Origin: Balanoglossus misakiensis
Lineage: Eukaryota; Animalia; Hemichordata
Reading direction: 5' to 3'
NCBI GenBank assembly: GCA_040954595.2
Contig: CM082578.2
Location: 16,104,998-16,168,997 of the forward strand
DNA: 64,000 nucleotides
A program made the translations under genes and the position numbers. This document shows, piece after piece, positions 53,077-64,000 of the stretch (positions are counted from its first letter, which is position 1; every line of letters begins with the position of its first letter). The notes under the pieces were generated by a model. It worked only from the letters and a program-made list of their open reading frames with translations. It had not been told where the DNA came from and searched no databases.

Positions 53077-55745
53077 GAACATGCAAAAGATACACCTACC
53101 AACCTCTCTACATTTCTCTACAAAACCCTCCAAGGAACTCATTGTTTCCATCCTAGAAAAGAAATAACAATCACAATTTACATTAGAAATATCAAATATT
53201 TTTTAACATTGGATTTATATAGTTTGGCTTTACCAGTCCATTTCCTTCAGACTCCCCCAGAATACATTGCTTCAAATATAACTATGAGTGTCTTTTTTCT
53301 TTTACTGAAAATGTTGGAGAAATTAAAAAAAAAAATTCAAATTGTAATCTATTCTTTTGCACGCATTAACTGCAGGTGACAGAGTCAATTCGTTGTGTGT
53401 TAACCCACTGTAGTTTGGAATGATTTCAATCTACCCTCCTTCATCCTATGTTCCTTGTATGATGAGAGAACTTTAAGTATTCAAACTGGTGTGTGATAAA
53501 GGAGGCTTCCTAGTGTTTTGTATCAGCTCAGTGACAAGAAAGGGTAAATCATGACAATTGCTTTTTTTATACACTGTCACCAAACTACCTTCCACCCATT
53601 TTATATAATGAACTGTTCCAATGTGGAAGAGTAGATTTATATAGTGCCTTGCATGGAGTAACTAATTACACACTGGATGTTTGGTGAGAACATGTACATG
53701 TAGATAAGATGGTGTTGAAATATAAAACATGTAAATGATAATTTTTCTAATTCATCATAACTGAAGCTTTGTGATTATCATGTAAAGCTCTTATGCATAA
53801 ATCCCAAACAACTTTTCCCCCTTCAATATTATTGTCAAATTTCAGAAGTTTGGTATTCCAAGATTATTGTTATGGTTTTGTAGTGGATATTATATTGTTT
53901 CCTTTATTTTGCGAGTGTAGACTAGTTTGTATAATTTAATCTCAACAGAAGTCTGGTTTTTAACTCCTATTTAAACTCCATTTTGCACAGTTTCACATTT
54001 TGGTGGCTCCAAACTCGGATAATATATTGCCTAGTCATTCACAGATGGGTCATCAAACATTCTTTGGTAGTAAGATGCCAAGACTTTCTATAGTCTTTCC
54101 TGTGCTTATGAAAGGGTAATCTTTGGCGTAATTGAAGGATTGTATGGTAATAAGAATATTTCACACTTCAATCTAATCATGTTGATCAAATGAGGGAGCG
54201 CAGTGACCTCAGTGCTATGCTTTGTATTCGCTTTTACGCCTGTGTATGTCTTCTGTCAGGCAATGATAACACTTTCAAATATGAATTCATTTGAATAGCA
54301 ACCTCTCAATTCTGAGTGCGATGGGCAGATTTAGCAATGTTTAGTCTGAAATATCAGTGCATATCAAATTCGCACATGTTGCATGATCAATGAAAAGAAA
54401 TTTTGACTTCAATCAGGGATTTCTCATTTTGCTATTCTTGCATTTTATAACTTCGTATAACTTGTATTTGAATATTATATATTTATACTTATGATGTAGT
54501 CAGTAGGGACCATAGTAACTTTTTTTATATCAACTGTTATCAGATAGTTGTACACATCAACACAACTGAACAGTCTGATTTGCTTTTATAAATGTTTGAT
54601 ATTTAATCTGTTTTTATTGTAGACCCAATATTTTATTTTTCGTATTTTTGTAAGTCATATTTTTACATCTGCATTATGAAACTTATTACATACAGTTTGG
54701 CTACTGCATGAATATTTGCTGCCTTGTTCTGGTAACATGCACATCTACGCCATGGAGATTCTGCTATCAGCAGATGTCCCATGTAAACCATCTTGAATGT
54801 TTTTCAGTATTTTTCCATGCCATGGAAAAGAATCAATGTCATGCAATTTCTTATATACAGGTAAGCATTTGTAAAGACAACTGAGTCAGTAGTTTGTAAT
54901 TTTCATGAAAATTTCATATATTCTGTATGTCATTTCAGGATCTTTTAATAAAAAAAATTCACCCATCGTGTCTATATGCAGAGATAGGGTCGTGTTAGTT
55001 GATTGTTTTTTTAAAGAGGTAGGGTAACATGCAGTTTAGCAGACTTGTAGTTATCAAAGTACCCTTGTTCCTGGCCTCCACTGTCTTGAATCAACCCTAA
55101 TAATGAATCACCATCTCCAAAAATTTTTGTCCAAATAGTCGCAAGATTTAATACTTAAATACATCACTATACAATAAATTTAAAAAGTAAATTAATCAAG
55201 AACTAAATGCTAATAGTAAAAAAAGTTCTACTGATACAGTTAGGCACTAACCTCATTCCATAAAACAACTGATCATCACAAAATATACACATATTTCATG
55301 ATAAAGTTAAAACTATTCTTTCACACCTTGTATAAATCGGCACCGTCTTTGAAGAATAATAAGTCACACTGGAACTATATTTACATGAAATTTCAACTCA
55401 CAATGACCTTACAAGTAAGTACACTTTTATTGCACATATCTGTGTTATGGGTTCTGAAAATATGCTATGTCAGTAATTATGATAACTCTTTGATGTCTCC
55501 CCATTTTGTTAGTGAGTATTTGTGTTATGATTTTTAATTTTTAAAAAAGAACCAGCAAAGAGCTGTTGCATTTATATGTCAATAAATATGTTAAACAGAT
55601 AATGTTATTTTGGCAAGTATGATCAACAAATCATGAGATTTTGTAAAGAAACAAGACCCTTTATTATTGCTGTATGGAGTTAGTACTGTACTGCTCTATT
55701 ACTGGAGAGAGTTCTCTACTTTCTGATATTCCCTTGTTTTGTCAG

Positions 55746-57600
55746 TCACTTTTCGGTTTCTGTACTTGAACTTGATTGTCTCAACAGTTCTTGTTTCTTT
55801 TCCAGCAGATCTCTGTACTCGGTCCTGTAGCGATCCAACTCGCTCTGTAGGTTGGCCAATGTACAACACACATCAACAGCTACAGGAAAATGAAAATTAC
55901 AACAGCGTAATGAAACATTTGAAATTGCTCACTTTTATTAATAGTGAACAGGCAAACTAAACACAAGTGTACCAGTTCCATCTCATACACAGAAAGCTTG
56001 ACATTTCTTCAATGTTGGTAGACTTAGTGCTTTTACCTTGGACAAAGCTAGTCTGGCCTTGTCGTAGAGTTGGTGGTACTAAGACTCCAAACCATTTGAG
56101 TGGATCAGGAGCCGTGTTCTCATCATTTGCATCTGTGATATGAAAATCTTGGAGTTGTATGACAGGCATTTCATCATGAGCATCATCACCATCTGCCTTC
56201 TTCCTTCTTCTTACTGCAATGTAACCATGGAAATAAGCATCAGGTTTTGAAGTTTTTCTTCCCATATGGCATAGTTCAGAAAAATTCCAGTGATTACGTA
56301 AAATATGACAAAATCATGGAAGTATGTATCGGTATCTTAGGACACTATATGTAATAGTATGAATACAAATTCCTTACTTTCAGGGCTATCCAATGAAGCA
56401 GGCAATGTACTGTGGATCTCTTTACTGGCAAACTTTGCTTTCTTCATTTTGGCTGGTTTCTTTCTTTCTACGCTAAAAAGGCACTCACTTTCGTTTGAAG
56501 ATTGACTGTATTAACCAGATAAGAAATAAAGTTTCAAAGTTACAAACATAAGTTTAATAAATTGAAGATTATGACATTAAAAAGCCCAAAGAAAAATAGC
56601 ATGATGGACATAATGCTTTTTTTTCAGAATTGGTGTATTCAAGTATGACACTATCAGTGGTACTTGGAGTCAACTTCTCTTACAGTCACCCAACTTAATA
56701 TGATTTAATTGATGAAAAAGTGTAAGACCTGAAAAGCAAAATTTAAAGCAATAGGGGCAGTGTTTCCCCCACCAAAACCAAAGTATGGTGGCCACCAGCA
56801 TTCTTTAACTTTTAACAATAGAACTTCTTTTGTTATGCAAAGTAGTCACCATACTATCATCCATTTCTTGGAATGAAATAGAAATGAAGGCATAAAAAGT
56901 GTTTTTTGGGGCTGTATTCTTCAGTAACTTTATAGCAGTGTCACGTGTGAAAATTTGGCCGACTTTTTTCGCTTGCGCGTTTTTGAGCACTGTATTTGCA
57001 AAGTAGCCTTTGCATTGTTGGGATCGTGACTTAAAAAGTAACTTACCTTACAGAAATTGTTGCTAAAGCTTTCATATTGTTGATATCATACTGCAAAGAA
57101 CTAACAGCTTTATTCCCCATAGAATACCTGGCCTTGGATAACCTAAAATAACCCTATTCCAGTGATAAAGAAATACAGAGATATCTAGTCATTACATTAT
57201 TCCATATTAGTACTACCACTCTTGAATTACCACTAGACTGCCACAACTATGAAAACACAAGAAAGTGTCAAAGGACAAACCAAAGGCCACTCTTCGCATT
57301 GGCCTTTGGTCCCGGCCTTCATAGTTATAGAAGCATACAGTGTTCATTTACTATTATTATTCAACAATGTTACTGAAACAACGGGGAATCGGTTGTGTTC
57401 TTTATTTTTTTTATTTGATGACGACAGCAATCTATAGATACATGAACACCCACTGCCCAGATGATTCAGATTTCTGTTTCCTGTGGTGTACCCACCTCTT
57501 TCATCAGGGTCTGCAGTCGATCCCGTTCTTCTTCCAGTTTTGCCAGCGTTTCGAAATAACGAACGACTAGGCCATCTAATCTAGAACATATATCTTCCAT
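55746..57600 (-). CDS. CCDC115: V-ATPase assembly factor CCDC115/VMA22, 5 coding exons
   Basis: ATG at 57600: MEDICSRLDGLVVRYFETLAKLEEERDRLQTLMKE|GYFRLSKARYSMGNKAVSSLQY, then VRRRK and DPLKWFGVLVPPTLRQGQTSFVQ, with a final exon AVDVCCTLANLQSEL. TGA at 55746-55748. Confidence 0.9.
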
Positions 57601-58047
57601 TCTTCTGACTAGTCTGTAAAAATCGAGTAACAATATATCTCCGACTAAACAATCATAAAGTCATCACACACTGAATCATGTCACTGAACTTGTGTTTATT
57701 GATTGGATCCTTGCACAATGACGCCACCAACCAACGATGTGCGTGGATGTAGCAGGGAGCCATACGGATAACAATACAAGTTAACGGCTCTCTAATTTTG
57801 CTATAGTAATGTTACTGCACATTTACGTACTAGTGGTGACGGATTACGAATGTCATAGAAAAAGAGGATGATGTGTTTGATTATGTACACTTCCCTTTCA
57901 CTTCCATGGACCCCAAGGGCTTTGCTGGTTTCTCCTCGCCATGTGATTTTTCCCATAGCTAAAATCGTTTAACAACAAAAATGTAATGAATAGCCCATCT
58001 CGAAAATTATCGCGAGAAGACGAGTGACCTTCGGCAGCGTTTCAAAT
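57601..58047. promoter_or_regulatory. Bidirectional promoter between CCDC115 and PHF8/KDM7
   Basis: Divergent ATGs are 447 bp apart. TATCGCGAGA (58008-58017) is one mismatch from the TCTCGCGAGA promoter palindrome. An ATTGG box is present and a YY1-like ATATGGCG overlaps the start codon. Confidence 0.55.
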
Positions 58048-63958
<5,911 letters not shown>

Positions 63959-64000
63959 GTAAGTGTACACATTACCAATAGCATTATATCATACATTGAT

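Overview
AT-rich, intron-dense genomic DNA from an animal, probably a marine invertebrate (an invertebrate deuterostome is my inference). The ORF track only fragments the spliced genes, so I assembled the genes by hand from splice sites and translation. There are eleven protein-coding genes: an IL-17-receptor-like type I membrane protein with no SEFIR domain (+), urocanate hydratase UROC1 (+), histidine ammonia-lyase HAL (+), a 58-aa TOMM6 absent from the ORF track (+), MED20 (-), SNRPF (+), imidazolonepropionase AMDHD1 (-), CFAP100/CCDC38 (+), laminin beta (+), CCDC115/VMA22 (-) and a PHF8/KDM7 PHD-JmjC demethylase (+, running off the right edge). The main observation is that the first three non-homologous enzymes of histidine catabolism (HAL, UROC1, AMDHD1) lie within about 22.5 kb, a hut-like metabolic gene cluster in an animal. 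Its neighbours suggest it is the unsplit ancestor of the human 12q23 block (NTN4-SNRPF-CCDC38-AMDHD1-HAL) and the 3q21 block (CFAP100-UROC1). Also seen: two U12-type introns in HAL, CTCF-like motifs at gene boundaries, three head-to-head promoters, two or three MITEs and a short dispersed repeat family. Homology calls and human gene order come from recall, not from searches.
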